Shown one piece after another: positions 1 through 10,635 of a stretch of DNA of 64,000 nt. Positions within the stretch are counted from its first letter, which is position 1. The number at the start of each line of letters is the position of its first letter. The position numbers were made by a program, and so were the translations under genes. The DNA lies in assembly GCA_003250355.1 (NCBI GenBank), contig QKGS01000040.1, positions 70,762-134,761 on the forward strand. The letters run 5' to 3'. The stretch is from Bacteroidota bacterium (GTDB taxonomy: Bacteria > Bacteroidota > Bacteroidia > Bacteroidales > SZUA-534). The notes under the pieces are model-generated. The model saw only the letters and a program-made list of their open reading frames with translations. It was not told where the DNA came from and did no database searches.

Positions 1-14
1 AAATCGTTTATGGA

Positions 15-326
15 TTAAGCAGTAATGCTTTCTATTGCAATCTGAGTATATTGCTGACGATGTCCGTTAAGTTTCTTGTATCCTTTTCTTCTTTTCTTTT
101 TGAATACAATTACTTTATCGCCTTTAACATGCCCTAAAACTTTTGCAGATACTTTTGCACCCGCAACCACAGGTTTTCCAACCTTTACGTCTCCTTCGTT
201 GTCAACTAGCAATACTTTATCAAAGCTTACTGTTGCACCTTCTTCAGCTTCCATTTTGTTAACAAAAACCTTTGCGTTTTTCTCAACTTTAAGCTGCTGT
301 CCTCCTATTTCTACAATTGCGTACAT
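15..326 (-). CDS. rplU: 50S ribosomal protein bL21
   Basis: Protein begins [17 protein letters not shown], the canonical bL21 N-terminus. The track ORF starts 3 codons earlier at a TTG (335); the ATG at 326 is preferred. Confidence 0.93.
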   Translation of the reverse strand: MYAIVEIGGQQLKVEKNAKVFVNKMEAEEGATVSFDKVLLVDNEGDVKVGKPVVAGAKVSAKVLGHVKGDKVIVFKKKRRKGYKKLNGHRQQYTQIAIESITA

Positions 327-362
327 CGCTATCAATTATTTTCGTTAAAAACTTTCGGACTG

Positions 363-370
363 CAAAATTA
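363..370 (-). promoter_or_regulatory. Bacteroidota-type -7 promoter box TAATTTTG upstream of rplU
   Basis: Exact match to TAnnTTTG on the minus strand, about 37 nt upstream of the rplU ATG. Confidence 0.45.
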
Positions 371-582
371 GGAAAGAATAATTTAATGCCAAACAAATAC
401 AATGTTTTTTTTAAAATATTTTTATTTCAGATAATTCCAAATAATACTTATTAACAAATATTCGGCAGCGAAAGTTAACGAAATTAACTATCAATCCACC
501 GAAATGCGCAGCAAGTTCTATGATTTTTATAAGAATTATACATTTAATATGGATATAATTTTTATTACCATACCAATTCGAT

Positions 583-590
583 TATTTTTG
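583..590 (+). promoter_or_regulatory. -7 promoter box TATTTTTG upstream of glyQS
   Basis: Exact TAnnTTTG match 15 nt upstream of the ATG at 605, implying a very short leader. Confidence 0.45.
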
Positions 591-604
591 CCGCTCAAAA
601 TTTA

Positions 605-2164
605 ATGAAAATGGCACAGGAAGATATTTTTAAAAAAATCATTGCCCACTCAAAAGAGTATGGGTTTATTTTTCAATCGAGTGAGATATACGACGGATTA
701 AGCGCTGTTTACGATTATGGACAGTACGGTGCCGAACTAAAAAATAATATCAAAAAATACTGGTGGGACAGTATGGTTAAACTTCATGAAAACATTGTAG
801 GTATTGATTCTGCAATATTCATGCACCCTACTGTTTGGAAAGCTTCAGGACACGTAGGTGCTTTTAATGACCCACTTATCGACAATAAAGATTCAAAAAA
901 ACGATACCGTGCCGATGTTCTTATTGAAGAATATATGGCTAAAATTGAGGCCAAAATTCAAAAAGAGGTTGATAAGGCAGCAAGTAAATACGGAGACTCT
1001 TTCGATGAAGAGCAATTTAAGTCAACAAACCAAAGAGTTTTAGAGAATGTTCAAAAGTATAACGAAGTGAAAAACCGTTTTGTTAAAGCTCTTGAAAATG
1101 ACGATTTAGCCGACTTAAAAGCCATTATTGAAGAAGCCGAAATTGTATGTCCTATTAGCGGCTCAAAAAATTGGACCGATGTACGCCAGTTCAACCTTAT
1201 GTTTGAAACTCAACTAGGTTCGGTAAGTGAAGATGCTTCAAGTATATATTTGCGTCCCGAAACCGCACAAGGTATTTTTGTTAATTACCTCAATGTTCAG
1301 AAAACTGGACGCATGAAAATACCTTTTGGGATAGCTCAAATAGGTAAGGCATTCCGTAACGAAATAGTTGCCCGCCAGTTCATATTCCGTATGCGCGAAT
1401 TTGAACAAATGGAAATGCAGTTCTTTGTTCGTCCGGGCGAAGAGATGAAATGGTTTGAAGAGTGGAAGGCAATTCGTTTAAAATGGCATCACGCAATGGG
1501 ATTCGACACCAATAAATACCGTTACCACGACCACGATAAACTGGCCCACTATGCAAATGCAGCTACCGATATAGAATTTGAATTTCCATTTGGCTTTAAG
1601 GAACTGGAAGGTATCCATTCAAGAACCGATTTCGACTTATCGCAACATCAAGAGTATTGTGGAAAGAAAATCCAATATTTCGATCCGGAATTAAATAAAA
1701 ACTACGTCCCTTATGTTGTTGAAACATCAGTAGGCCTTGACAGAACGTTCCTTGCAATACTTTCTACTTCATATACCGAAGAAACAGTAGAGCAGGAAAA
1801 TGGCAAAACCGACGAAAGAGTTGTATTAAAAATACCGGCATTCCTTGCTCCGGTTAAAGTTGCAATATTGCCTCTGCTTAAAAAAGATGGTTTGCCTGAA
1901 AAAGCACGTGAGATACTAAACGATCTAAAATTCGACATGAACTGCATTTATGAAGAAAAAGATTCTATTGGAAAGCGATACCGACGTCAGGATGCTATTG
2001 GAACCCCATTCTGCGTTACTATTGACCACGATTCTTTGGAATCGAACACGGTTACACTCAGAGACCGCGATACTATGGAACAACAACGCATTCCTATTGA
2101 AAAATTAAAAGAAATAGTTAACGATAAAATATCGTATGCCAACATTTTCAAAAAGATTTGTTAA
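605..2164 (+). CDS. glyQS: glycine--tRNA ligase (homodimeric class II type)
   Basis: 519 aa. N-terminus YGFIFQSSEIYDGLSAVYDYGQYGAELKNNIKKYWW and class II core motifs (FRNEI, RMREFEQME) are typical of alpha2 GlyRS. Confidence 0.93.
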   Translation: MKMAQEDIFKKIIAHSKEYGFIFQSSEIYDGLSAVYDYGQYGAELKNNIKKYWWDSMVKLHENIVGIDSAIFMHPTVWKASGHVGAFNDPLIDNKDSKKRYRADVLIEEYMAKIEAKIQKEVDKAASKYGDSFDEEQFKSTNQRVLENVQKYNEVKNRFVKALENDDLADLKAIIEEAEIVCPISGSKNWTDVRQFNLMFETQLGSVSEDASSIYLRPETAQGIFVNYLNVQKTGRMKIPFGIAQIGKAFRNEIVARQFIFRMREFEQMEMQFFVRPGEEMKWFEEWKAIRLKWHHAMGFDTNKYRYHDHDKLAHYANAATDIEFEFPFGFKELEGIHSRTDFDLSQHQEYCGKKIQYFDPELNKNYVPYVVETSVGLDRTFLAILSTSYTEETVEQENGKTDERVVLKIPAFLAPVKVAILPLLKKDGLPEKAREILNDLKFDMNCIYEEKDSIGKRYRRQDAIGTPFCVTIDHDSLESNTVTLRDRDTMEQQRIPIEKLKEIVNDKISYANIFKKIC

Positions 2165-2242
2165 TTGCAAATAGCACTTTGGTATTTATTTTGTGTGGTA
2201 TATTATAATTTTTAATTTTACGCACATTACATATAAAAACAT

Positions 2243-3139
2243 ATGCATATGATCAGAAAAACTTTACTGCCTGCAATATTTCTAATATTTTTATCATCAT
2301 TGGGTTTTGCTCAGGAGCAGCCTATTACAATGCCTGAAAAGGGCTACCGATTCCAATACCGAATAAAGGGGCCTATGCACAAAAAAAGTAAAGTGCTTGA
2401 ACTTATGGTCGATGAACATGGTAACTATCTGGTAACAACATTCCGCGGAGAAAAATCATCGTTCGTATATGTAATTATATATAACCTGTATACCTGGGAC
2501 GAAAAATATAAGCTAAAACTCGACGATAACCGATGCGAGCTATATAACAGTTTCTTCGACGAAGAAGGTGTTCATATATATATTAATACCGATGTATATA
2601 GAAATATGTACAAAAAAGTAAACCTGAAAACAGGCGAAATAGTTAAGGTGAGCTGTGAAGAAACCCCCAAAGGATGTAGTAAAATTGAACCGCAGTTTTA
2701 TAAACTCGACGCTTATACTGTTGGTGAAAACTATTATATATACCGCGACGAAAAATTTGAGAACTACATTAAAATCCTTGTAAAGAAAGAGATGTATATT
2801 CCTACCGGTGAAGATGAGTTTGACGAGTGGGGCGGAGGTGAGGTTAGTGATTTAGATCCCGAAAAAGGGGGAGTAGTTCAGCTGACTCCGGCAGAAATAA
2901 GAGACCTTAAATCGGGCAATGAAATAGTTTACAAAGGCATTACTGTATTCTACGACCCCAACAGCCTTGATGCCGATGGTAAACCAATTGATTTTATTCA
3001 GGTTAAAGGCGAACCGTATAAGCTCCGACTTACTCCACTAGATATAGGAAAACTAGAAAAGAAGGCAAGTTTCCTTATAGGTAAATTTGTACTGAAACTC
3101 GATCTAGATGCCTGGGAAGCAGAGCAAAAAGGAATGTAA
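2243..3139 (+). CDS. hypothetical secreted protein
   Basis: 298-aa ORF with an N-terminal signal peptide (LLPAIFLIFLSSLGFAQE). No family recognised. Confidence 0.6.
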   Translation: MHMIRKTLLPAIFLIFLSSLGFAQEQPITMPEKGYRFQYRIKGPMHKKSKVLELMVDEHGNYLVTTFRGEKSSFVYVIIYNLYTWDEKYKLKLDDNRCELYNSFFDEEGVHIYINTDVYRNMYKKVNLKTGEIVKVSCEETPKGCSKIEPQFYKLDAYTVGENYYIYRDEKFENYIKILVKKEMYIPTGEDEFDEWGGGEVSDLDPEKGGVVQLTPAEIRDLKSGNEIVYKGITVFYDPNSLDADGKPIDFIQVKGEPYKLRLTPLDIGKLEKKASFLIGKFVLKLDLDAWEAEQKGM

Positions 3140-3180
3140 AAAAGTTGACAACTAAAATAATTTTTATTTATATTTAAATT

Positions 3181-3621
3181 ATGAAGAAGATATTGTCAAT
3201 AATCGCAATACTGTGTTTTGTAAGTATTAGCTATAACTCAAAAGCACAGTGCGATAACACACTCATAAGCGAATGCGCAACAGGAAAGGAAAGTCTGAAG
3301 TATATAAAGCATTTTAAAATAAGATTCTCAGAATCGTCGAATGTAAAAACACGCTCCGAAGGAAAATTTACCGTTATGCTTATGAAAGGTAATCATTACC
3401 GTTTTTTTGCTTGTAATGATGTAACCAAACCGGGAAAAACAATTATTGAGCTTTCAAGCGATTTTGGAGAATTTGGAGGTAATTTAAACAAAGATACCGG
3501 TGCCGAATATCGTGCTTTCGATTTTGTATGTACTAAAACCGGACCATATTATTTGAATATGTTTTTCAAAGATGGAGCAGAGGGGTGCGGTGTTTGTATT
3601 ATTTCTCTTGTTATGGAATAA
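3181..3621 (+). CDS. hypothetical secreted Cys-containing protein
   Basis: 146-aa ORF with signal peptide MKKILSIIAILCFVSISYNSKAQ. No family recognised. Confidence 0.6.
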   Translation: MKKILSIIAILCFVSISYNSKAQCDNTLISECATGKESLKYIKHFKIRFSESSNVKTRSEGKFTVMLMKGNHYRFFACNDVTKPGKTIIELSSDFGEFGGNLNKDTGAEYRAFDFVCTKTGPYYLNMFFKDGAEGCGVCIISLVME

Positions 3622-3645
3622 TTTGTTTGTTAATATTGAAAGAAA

Positions 3646-3677
3646 GGGCTGCTAAAAGTATTAGGCAGCCCTTTTTT
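3646..3677. terminator. intrinsic terminator between convergent genes
   Basis: Stem GGGCTGC (3646-3652) / GCAGCCC (3665-3671) followed by TTTTTT, with an A-rich 5' flank. It lies between the 3181 ORF (+) and proA (-). Confidence 0.75.
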
Positions 3678-3727
3678 ATTTTTCTATTATAGAATAATTA
3701 TATACAGCCGATATTGTTTCACAACAA

Positions 3728-5023
3728 CTAAATTTTAAATCTTTTATCGAGCGGTTTGTGAGTAAATTGTTTTTTACCTTCGGCAAAGTCTGCAACTATT
3801 TGTTTGTTCCCTTTCATTACCCATTTGTATATCATTAACCCTTCTAAGCCTACCGGTCCGCGAGCGTGAATTTTATTAGTACTTACACCAACCTCAGCTC
3901 CAAGACCGTACCTGAAACCGTCGCTAAAACGGGTTGAACAGTTCCAAAAAACATTGCCGGTATCTACATTTTGAATAAAATAAGCAGCAGTAGATTCATT
4001 GTCGGTAAGTATAGCATCGGTATGGCCCGAACCGTATTGATGTATATGGTCAATAGCCTCTTGCATATCGACTACAATTTTTATCGACAATATATAATCG
4101 AGATATTCAGTTCGCCAATCTTCGTCGGTAGCAGGTTCAATATTAATAATTTCAGTTGTTTTTACACAGCCTTTAAGTGTTGCTCCTTTTGCTTCAACAG
4201 CGGTTTTGAATTTTGGCAAAAACTCCTTGGCTATTTTTTCATGCACAAGCAATGTTTCCAAAGCATTGCATACTGCAACGTATTGTGTCTTTGAGTCAAC
4301 AGCAATTTTAACAGCAGCATCAATATCGGCATCAGTGTCAACATATGAGTGGCAAATACCATCGGCATGACCAAGTACCGGAATATTTGAATTGTTCATA
4401 ATGTATTGTACAAATTCGTTGCTGCCGCGAGGAATAATCAGGTCAATATATTTATCGGCTTTAAGCATTTCATTCACATCGGAACGGGTTTCCAATAACT
4501 GAGCCCACCCTTCAGGAATGCCTGTTTCAGAAGTAGCTTCACCTATAAGCTTAGTAAGTATTCTGTTGGTATGCAAAGCTTCACTACCCCCTTTTAGCAA
4601 CACTCCGTTTCCGCTTTTTAAACATAGTGTCGATATTTGAACTAGGGCATCGGGGCGCGACTCAAATACCACACCAATAACACCAATAGGGCAGCTTACC
4701 TGATACAGTTCCATACCATCGTATAGTTCGGTGGCTTTTATAGTAGCTCCAACCGGATCTGCCAGTTTTATAAGGCTTTCTATGCCGGTTATAGTATCGT
4801 CAATTTTGCTGTTGTCGAATTTTAAACGTTTTAAAAGAGGGGCTTCAAGATTGTTCTTTTCAGCTTCAGCTATGTCGGTATTGTTTGCTTCAATTATAGC
4901 AGTTCTGTTATTGTTTAGTTTTTTTGCAATAGCTGCAAGAGCGTTATTCTTTGCAATTGTATTTATTGCAGCAAGTTTGATCGACGCTTTTTTTGTTGTC
5001 TCAGCTAATTGTTGAATACCCAT
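3728..5023 (-). CDS. proA: glutamate-5-semialdehyde dehydrogenase (gamma-glutamyl phosphate reductase)
   Basis: The pattern MGIQQLAETTKKASIKLA...NN.AL..IA..L......I..AN..D and the C-terminal STNKIHARGPVGLEGL are typical of ProA. The ATG at 5023 is preferred because the track extension to 5062 runs into the promoter box. Confidence 0.9.
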   Translation of the reverse strand: MGIQQLAETTKKASIKLAAINTIAKNNALAAIAKKLNNNRTAIIEANNTDIAEAEKNNLEAPLLKRLKFDNSKIDDTITGIESLIKLADPVGATIKATELYDGMELYQVSCPIGVIGVVFESRPDALVQISTLCLKSGNGVLLKGGSEALHTNRILTKLIGEATSETGIPEGWAQLLETRSDVNEMLKADKYIDLIIPRGSNEFVQYIMNNSNIPVLGHADGICHSYVDTDADIDAAVKIAVDSKTQYVAVCNALETLLVHEKIAKEFLPKFKTAVEAKGATLKGCVKTTEIINIEPATDEDWRTEYLDYILSIKIVVDMQEAIDHIHQYGSGHTDAILTDNESTAAYFIQNVDTGNVFWNCSTRFSDGFRYGLGAEVGVSTNKIHARGPVGLEGLMIYKWVMKGNKQIVADFAEGKKQFTHKPLDKRFKI

Positions 5024-5059
5024 CTCAATAATAATTTTGTAGTGATTAAAAATGAGTAG

Positions 5060-5067
5060 CAAAATTA
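5060..5067 (-). promoter_or_regulatory. -7 promoter box TAATTTTG upstream of proA
   Basis: Exact TAnnTTTG match on the minus strand, about 37 nt upstream of the ATG at 5023. Confidence 0.45.
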
Positions 5068-5213
5068 GGGTTTTCTTTTTAAGAAACAGGATAACATATA
5101 AAAAGATTTAAGGGAGTCGACTATCCCAAAAATAACCCAGCCTAAATTTAACATAAAACACAACGTTATTAACAAATCACTTGCTAATAATCAAAAACTT
5201 GCAACTTATTAAC

Positions 5214-5250
5214 AAAGTGGTAAAAAGTGGTAAAAAGTGTATCTATGTGG
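5214..5250 (+). promoter_or_regulatory. MraZ operator: four direct repeats phased at exactly 10 bp
   Basis: AAAGTGG (5214), AAAGTGG (5224), AAAGTGT (5234) and TATGTGG (5244). The GTG[GT] cores sit at 5217, 5227, 5237 and 5247, just upstream of a near-consensus -7 box TAATTTTA (5262-5269) and mraZ. Confidence 0.75.
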
Positions 5251-5295
5251 TAAAAATTATCTAATTTTACAACCTGTGTAACTATATACAAACGG

Positions 5296-5757
5296 ATGGC
5301 AAACTTTATCGGAGATCATACCTGCAAGGTAGATGCCAAAGGCAGAATACTTTTCCCCGCCGCTTTAAAGAAGCAAATGGCAGGGGACGATGAGTGTTTT
5401 GTGATAAAGAAAGATTTGTTTGAAGAGTGTTTGGTTATATATACCATGGAAGAGTGGGAACGTCAGAGTGAGATTATAAAAAAGCAAACAAACTTATTCA
5501 ACAAAGAGCATTCTCGATTTGTAAGGGGCTTCTTTCGCGGAACAGCTGTAATAACTCTCGATGCTACGGGCCGGTTACTTGTACCACAGCGTTTCCTCGA
5601 TTTGGTTCAGGCTGATAAAGATGTGGTTCTTTCAGGACAAGATTCGAAAATTGAATTGTGGAGTAAAGAAAAGTACGATTCAATGGAAGAAGATGAGTTT
5701 GAATTTGCCGCTTTGGCCGAAAAAATAATGTCGGGTTCTCAAAACAAGGAGGGCTAA
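5296..5757 (+). CDS. mraZ: division/cell wall cluster transcriptional regulator MraZ
   Basis: 153 aa. MANFIGDHTCKVDAKGRILFPAALKK and a second SpoVT/AbrB-like repeat (LDATGRLLVPQRF). Confidence 0.93.
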   Translation: MANFIGDHTCKVDAKGRILFPAALKKQMAGDDECFVIKKDLFEECLVIYTMEEWERQSEIIKKQTNLFNKEHSRFVRGFFRGTAVITLDATGRLLVPQRFLDLVQADKDVVLSGQDSKIELWSKEKYDSMEEDEFEFAALAEKIMSGSQNKEG

Positions 5758-6656
5758 TGGAAGAGTATCATGTACCGGTATTGTTGAAAGAGAGTGTAGA
5801 TGGGTTGAATATTAAGCCCGATGGCGTGTATGTCGACTGTACTTTTGGTGGTGGAGGCCACTCCCGTGAAATACTTAGCAGGCTTACAACAGGCAAGTTG
5901 ATAGCATTCGATCAGGATTCCGATGCAATTGAGAGAAATAAGGATACTAAGAATTTGATTTTGGTTCATGGAAATTTTCGCTATATGCGAAATTATTTGA
6001 AATACGAAGGTTTTGAACAAGTAGATGGAATATTGGCCGATTTAGGTGTATCAAGCCACCATTTCGATGAAGAGAGTCGCGGATTTTCGTTTCGTTTCAA
6101 TGCAAATCTTGATATGAGAATGAATCAACAGGGAAACCTCACTGCCGAAAAGGTTATTAACGACTATGAAGATGAAAAACTTTATTCAATCTTTCGTCAG
6201 TATGGCGAAGTTAACAATGTTGGTAAGCTTGTGAAATTAATTCTTGACGCACGAACAGGTCGAAGAATTAAAACTATTGCACAATTGAAAGAAGCTATTG
6301 AAAGTGCAATACCAAAAAAAATGGAACATAAATATTTGGCACAGGTATTTCAGGCATTACGCATTGAAGTAAATCAGGAAATGGAAGCCTTAAAAGAGAT
6401 GATAATGCAGTGTGAGCATATTTTGGTGAAAGGCGGTAGGTTTTCTGTTATTACTTATCATTCGCTCGAAGACAGGTTGGTGAAAAACTACATGAAAAAT
6501 GGAATGTTCGATGGACAACCCGAAAAAGACCTTTACGGAAATATTAAGGTGCCGTTTAGTGCAGTTAACAGAAAAGTAATAGTTCCAAATACTGAAGAAC
6601 TTGAGCGTAATAACCGGTCGCGTAGTGCAAAACTGAGAATTGCCGAAAAAATATAA
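5757..6656 (+). CDS. rsmH: 16S rRNA (cytosine1402-N4)-methyltransferase
   Basis: HVPVLLKE..., SAM motif DCTFGGGGHS, and C-terminal NNRSRSAKLR. Its ATG overlaps the mraZ stop (TAATG). Confidence 0.93.
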   Translation: MEEYHVPVLLKESVDGLNIKPDGVYVDCTFGGGGHSREILSRLTTGKLIAFDQDSDAIERNKDTKNLILVHGNFRYMRNYLKYEGFEQVDGILADLGVSSHHFDEESRGFSFRFNANLDMRMNQQGNLTAEKVINDYEDEKLYSIFRQYGEVNNVGKLVKLILDARTGRRIKTIAQLKEAIESAIPKKMEHKYLAQVFQALRIEVNQEMEALKEMIMQCEHILVKGGRFSVITYHSLEDRLVKNYMKNGMFDGQPEKDLYGNIKVPFSAVNRKVIVPNTEELERNNRSRSAKLRIAEKI

Positions 6657-6704
6657 ATATAAACTCAGTTCTGTTTTTAGTAAACTGAAGTGAATAATAG
6701 ATAT

Positions 6705-7064
6705 ATGTTAAAAGGGAGAAAAATATTAGTTAACAAAAGAGGGTCAAAATCAATTCTGAAAAGTATTCTCGATGGTTCAATACTTACCCGCGAAGGAGTA
6801 TTAGACCAACTTCCGTATTTACTATTCCTAACATTTATAGCAACATTTTATATTGCCAATCGATACCGAGCCGAAAGAATAGTACGCGAAACAGAGAAGC
6901 TTCAGTCTGAAATAAAGGAACTTAGAGCCGAAAGTATTACTTCTGCTTCCAAACTTATGTATGTAAGTAAGCAAAGTGAGGTTGCACGATTGGTTAATAA
7001 ACATAATCTAGGCTTAAAAGAGGCTGTTGTGCCACCTCAACGCTTAACCATCAGTGAAAAATGA
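6705..7064 (+). CDS. ftsL: FtsL-like cell division protein (Bacteroidota FtsL_2 type)
   Basis: Small protein in the conserved position between rsmH and ftsI. It has one TM helix (LPYLLFLTFIATFYIA) followed by a coiled coil. An alternative GTG start exists at 6690. Confidence 0.7.
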   Translation: MLKGRKILVNKRGSKSILKSILDGSILTREGVLDQLPYLLFLTFIATFYIANRYRAERIVRETEKLQSEIKELRAESITSASKLMYVSKQSEVARLVNKHNLGLKEAVVPPQRLTISEK

Positions 7065-9178
7065 CAGAGAATAAGGTATTAAAAGATATATCGGGCAGGC
7101 TTACCTTTATTTATATATTGGTATTACTATTCTCTATTGTTATAGTAGGGCGAATATTATACCTCATGACATTTGAACACAGCAAATGGTCGGGGGCAAA
7201 TAGTATTTCACAAAAAGATATAATTATAGACCCTGTTCGCGGCGACATTTGTGCTCACGATGGTCGTATTTTGGCAACCTCTGTTCCAAGGTACGAAATA
7301 CGAATGGATATGAAAGTACCGGCACTTACCAATAATTATTTTAATAAAAATATTGACTCGCTCTCTTATTTGCTCTCAAACTTATTTAAAGACAAGAGTG
7401 CTTCTGCTTACAAACGTTCACTTATCAGTGCCCGATACAAAGGCTCTCGTTATCATTTAATACAACGTAACGTCGATTATATTCAACTAAAAAAGTTAAA
7501 GAATTTTCCAATATTCCGATTAGGACAAAATAAGGGTGGTTTAATTGTGAATCAAGAAAATAAGCGGGTACAGCCATTTGTGGACCTGGCTACCCGTACT
7601 ATCGGATACTACAATAAAGGCGGAACCAAGGTAGGTATTGAAGGAGCTTTTAATAAGGAGTTGGAAGGTGAAAAAGGGGTACGATTGGTTCAGCGAATAG
7701 CCGGAAACTACTGGATGCCTGTTAACGATGGCAATGAAGTAGAACCTATAAATGGCTCCGATATTATAACCACTCTCGATGTTAACCTGCAAGATGTAGC
7801 ACACCATGCACTTGAACAGCAGTTACTTAAACACGGAGCAGGGCATGGTACAGCGGTTCTAATGGAGGTTGCAACCGGCGATGTTAAAGCAATAGTGAAC
7901 CTTAAGCGCAATAGCGACAATTCGTGTACCGAGGTATTTAACTATGCTGTTGCCCAGCGTACCGAACCCGGTTCTACATTCAAAGTGGCAACTCTTATGG
8001 TTGCTCTCGAAGATGGATATATCGATTTGAACGACATTATTGATACCGGAAACGGTCAGGAAAAATACTACAATCACACTGTGACCGACCACCAGGAAGG
8101 TGGTTTTGGCAAAATTACAGTGAAAAATGCATTAGAAGTTTCTTCTAATGTGGCTATGGCCAAAATTGTTACTAAGTATTATTCAAAAAATGCCGAAAAA
8201 TTTGTGAACCGTCTTCACCGTATGTCACTTGGTGAGAGTTTGGCTTTGGAAATTAAAGGTGAACGTCCGCCTTATATTAAGTATCCGGGCGATACTCTTT
8301 GGTCAGGCATTTCGCTCCAGCAAATGTCGTATGGTTACGAGGTGGAGCAAACTCCATTACAGATACTTACATTTTACAACGCTATTGCAAATAACGGCAA
8401 AATGATGAAACCCCGTTTTGTTAAAGCTATTGCAGAACACGGCAGGGTTGTCGAAAAGCTCGAACCAAAGGTTCTTAACCCCTCTATTTGCTCAAAAGCA
8501 ACTATTGAAAAAGTGAAAGTAATGCTTGAAGGGGTTGTTGAAAATGGTACTGCCCAAAACCTGAGAAGTGCCAATTATAAAATTGCAGGAAAAACAGGTA
8601 CTGCCCGTGTGGCAAATAAAAAATACGGTTACAAATATCAGGGGGTAGTTTCTTATCAGGCATCGTTTGTAGGTTATTTCCCTGCCGATAAACCAAAATA
8701 TTCATGCATTGTGGTTGTTAATGCTCCTACCAGTGGGGTATACTATGGTAATTTGGTGGCAGGTAATGTGTTTAAAGAAATTGCCGACAAAGTATATTCA
8801 ACCAATCTCGACTTACAAGAAGTTGAGCATCATGCACTTGCCGATGCTTCGGAGAGAGTGCCATATTCTAAAAACGGATACTGTCCGGAAATGATATCGG
8901 CTATGGAATATCTAAACGTTAAATACGACAATAAAGAGATAACATCGGACTGGGTTTCAACCCAAAAAAAGGACTCGGAGGTTAAGCTTTATAATCGTCA
9001 TATCAACGATAAGCTAGTGCCAAATGTGAAAGGAATGGGAGCTAAAGACGCTTTCTTTTTGCTCGAAAATATAGGATTGAAGGTAGTAATACAAGGGCGG
9101 GGAGCTGTTTCGCAACAGTCGCTTATTCCGGGGCAGCGTTTCAATTCAGGTGATAGAATAGTTTTAAAACTTACGTAA
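7061..9178 (+). CDS. ftsI: peptidoglycan D,D-transpeptidase FtsI (class B PBP) with C-terminal PASTA domain
   Basis: Motifs SxxK (STFK), SxN (SSN) and KTGT. The C-terminal ~65 aa (VPNVKGMGAKDAFFLLENIGLKV...) look like a PASTA domain. ATGA overlap with ftsL. Confidence 0.9.
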   Translation: MTENKVLKDISGRLTFIYILVLLFSIVIVGRILYLMTFEHSKWSGANSISQKDIIIDPVRGDICAHDGRILATSVPRYEIRMDMKVPALTNNYFNKNIDSLSYLLSNLFKDKSASAYKRSLISARYKGSRYHLIQRNVDYIQLKKLKNFPIFRLGQNKGGLIVNQENKRVQPFVDLATRTIGYYNKGGTKVGIEGAFNKELEGEKGVRLVQRIAGNYWMPVNDGNEVEPINGSDIITTLDVNLQDVAHHALEQQLLKHGAGHGTAVLMEVATGDVKAIVNLKRNSDNSCTEVFNYAVAQRTEPGSTFKVATLMVALEDGYIDLNDIIDTGNGQEKYYNHTVTDHQEGGFGKITVKNALEVSSNVAMAKIVTKYYSKNAEKFVNRLHRMSLGESLALEIKGERPPYIKYPGDTLWSGISLQQMSYGYEVEQTPLQILTFYNAIANNGKMMKPRFVKAIAEHGRVVEKLEPKVLNPSICSKATIEKVKVMLEGVVENGTAQNLRSANYKIAGKTGTARVANKKYGYKYQGVVSYQASFVGYFPADKPKYSCIVVVNAPTSGVYYGNLVAGNVFKEIADKVYSTNLDLQEVEHHALADASERVPYSKNGYCPEMISAMEYLNVKYDNKEITSDWVSTQKKDSEVKLYNRHINDKLVPNVKGMGAKDAFFLLENIGLKVVIQGRGAVSQQSLIPGQRFNSGDRIVLKLT

Positions 9179-10635
9179 TGATACTCGATAACTTATTAAA
9201 ACATATTGAAGTTGAAATAGTAACAGGCAATACATTGGTTGATGTGGTTGCCATTCAATTCGATTCGCGTAAGGTAACCAAAGGCAATATGTTTGTTGCT
9301 GTAAAAGGAACCGTTTCCGATGGGCATAACTACATTTCGCAAGTTATTGATGCCGGCGCAACTGTTATTGTCTGTGAATCTTTTCCACATAGTATTAATA
9401 ATGATGTAACCTATGTTAAAGTTCAAAATTCAGCTTTGGCTTTGGGACAATTGGCATCGGCTTTTTATGGCAATCCGTCGAAGCAGATAAAACTTGTAGG
9501 AATAACCGGAACAAACGGTAAAACTACAACAGTAACATTGCTGCATCAGTTATTTGTAAACTTAGGCTATAAAGTAGGTTTGCTTTCAACCATTAAGAAT
9601 CTTATTCATACCCGGGTTGTAGATGCTACACATACTACTCCCGACCCGGTTCAGCTCAACGCTTTGCTTGCGCAAATGGTTAATGAAGGTTGCGAATACT
9701 GCTTTATGGAGGTTAGTTCTCACTCTATTCATCAGCACCGTATAGCCGGGCTCGAATTTGCCGGAGCTATATTCTCTAATATTACTCAAGATCACCTCGA
9801 TTATCATAAAACTTTTAAAGAGTATATTATTGCTAAAAAAGCATATTTCGACAATCTTCCAAATACTGCATTTGCACTCATTAATGCCGACGATAAAAAC
9901 GGTTCGGTAATGGTGCAAAATACCAAAGCAAAAGTATATAAATACGGATTAAAAAGTATGGCCGATTATAAGGCTCGCATAATTGAGGCTCAAATGGATG
10001 GTATGTGCATAACCCTCAACAACAAGGAGTTGTGGACACGTTTTATTGGTGAGTTTAATGTATATAATATACTTGCAGTATATGCAACAGCTTTACTTTT
10101 AGGTCAAAACAGCGACGAAGTAATGCAGGCAGTTTCATTATTGAAACCGGTTGAAGGGCGTTTCGAGTATTTACAATCATCCGATGGAAAATTGGCCATT
10201 GTCGATTATGCTCACACCCCCGATGCTCTGGAAAATGTACTCAAAACTATTAAAGGTTTTATAGTTGACGGACAAGAGATAATTACTGTAGTAGGTGCCG
10301 GTGGTAATCGCGACAAAGGTAAACGCCCTATTATGGCAAAGGTTGCTGCTACACTAAGTAACAGAGTAATACTAACTGCCGATAATCCGCGCAATGAAGA
10401 CCCCGAAACTATAATTAGCGAAATGAAAGCCGGAGTATTGCCTCCGCTAAATAATAAAGTGCTCTGTATTACAAACCGCGAAGAGGCTATACGTACTGCT
10501 TGTGCACTTGCCCGCCCCGACGATGTAATACTTGTTGCAGGAAAGGGACACGAAACATATCAGGAAATAAACGGGGTTAAGTACCCATTCGACGATAAAA
10601 AAGTAATAAACCAAACCTTTCAAAATATAAGTTAA
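9178..10635 (+). CDS. murE: UDP-N-acetylmuramoyl-L-alanyl-D-glutamate--2,6-diaminopimelate ligase
   Basis: Mur ligase P-loop [11 protein letters not shown] and a DNPR motif ([11 protein letters not shown]), indicating meso-DAP specificity. TAATG overlap with ftsI. Confidence 0.92.
   Translation: MILDNLLKHIEVEIVTGNTLVDVVAIQFDSRKVTKGNMFVAVKGTVSDGHNYISQVIDAGATVIVCESFPHSINNDVTYVKVQNSALALGQLASAFYGNPSKQIKLVGITGTNGKTTTVTLLHQLFVNLGYKVGLLSTIKNLIHTRVVDATHTTPDPVQLNALLAQMVNEGCEYCFMEVSSHSIHQHRIAGLEFAGAIFSNITQDHLDYHKTFKEYIIAKKAYFDNLPNTAFALINADDKNGSVMVQNTKAKVYKYGLKSMADYKARIIEAQMDGMCITLNNKELWTRFIGEFNVYNILAVYATALLLGQNSDEVMQAVSLLKPVEGRFEYLQSSDGKLAIVDYAHTPDALENVLKTIKGFIVDGQEIITVVGAGGNRDKGKRPIMAKVAATLSNRVILTADNPRNEDPETIISEMKAGVLPPLNNKVLCITNREEAIRTACALARPDDVILVAGKGHETYQEINGVKYPFDDKKVINQTFQNIS

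Noticed and set aside
446-458. 13-mer ACTTATTAACAAA shared with 5204-5216 (and TTATTAACAAA also at 5167-5177) in two divergent promoter regions, considered as a possible transcription-factor site
   Set aside because: A rough estimate for an AT-rich 64-kb window gives on the order of tens to about a hundred chance exact 13-mer matches. The positions relative to the flanking promoters are also inconsistent.
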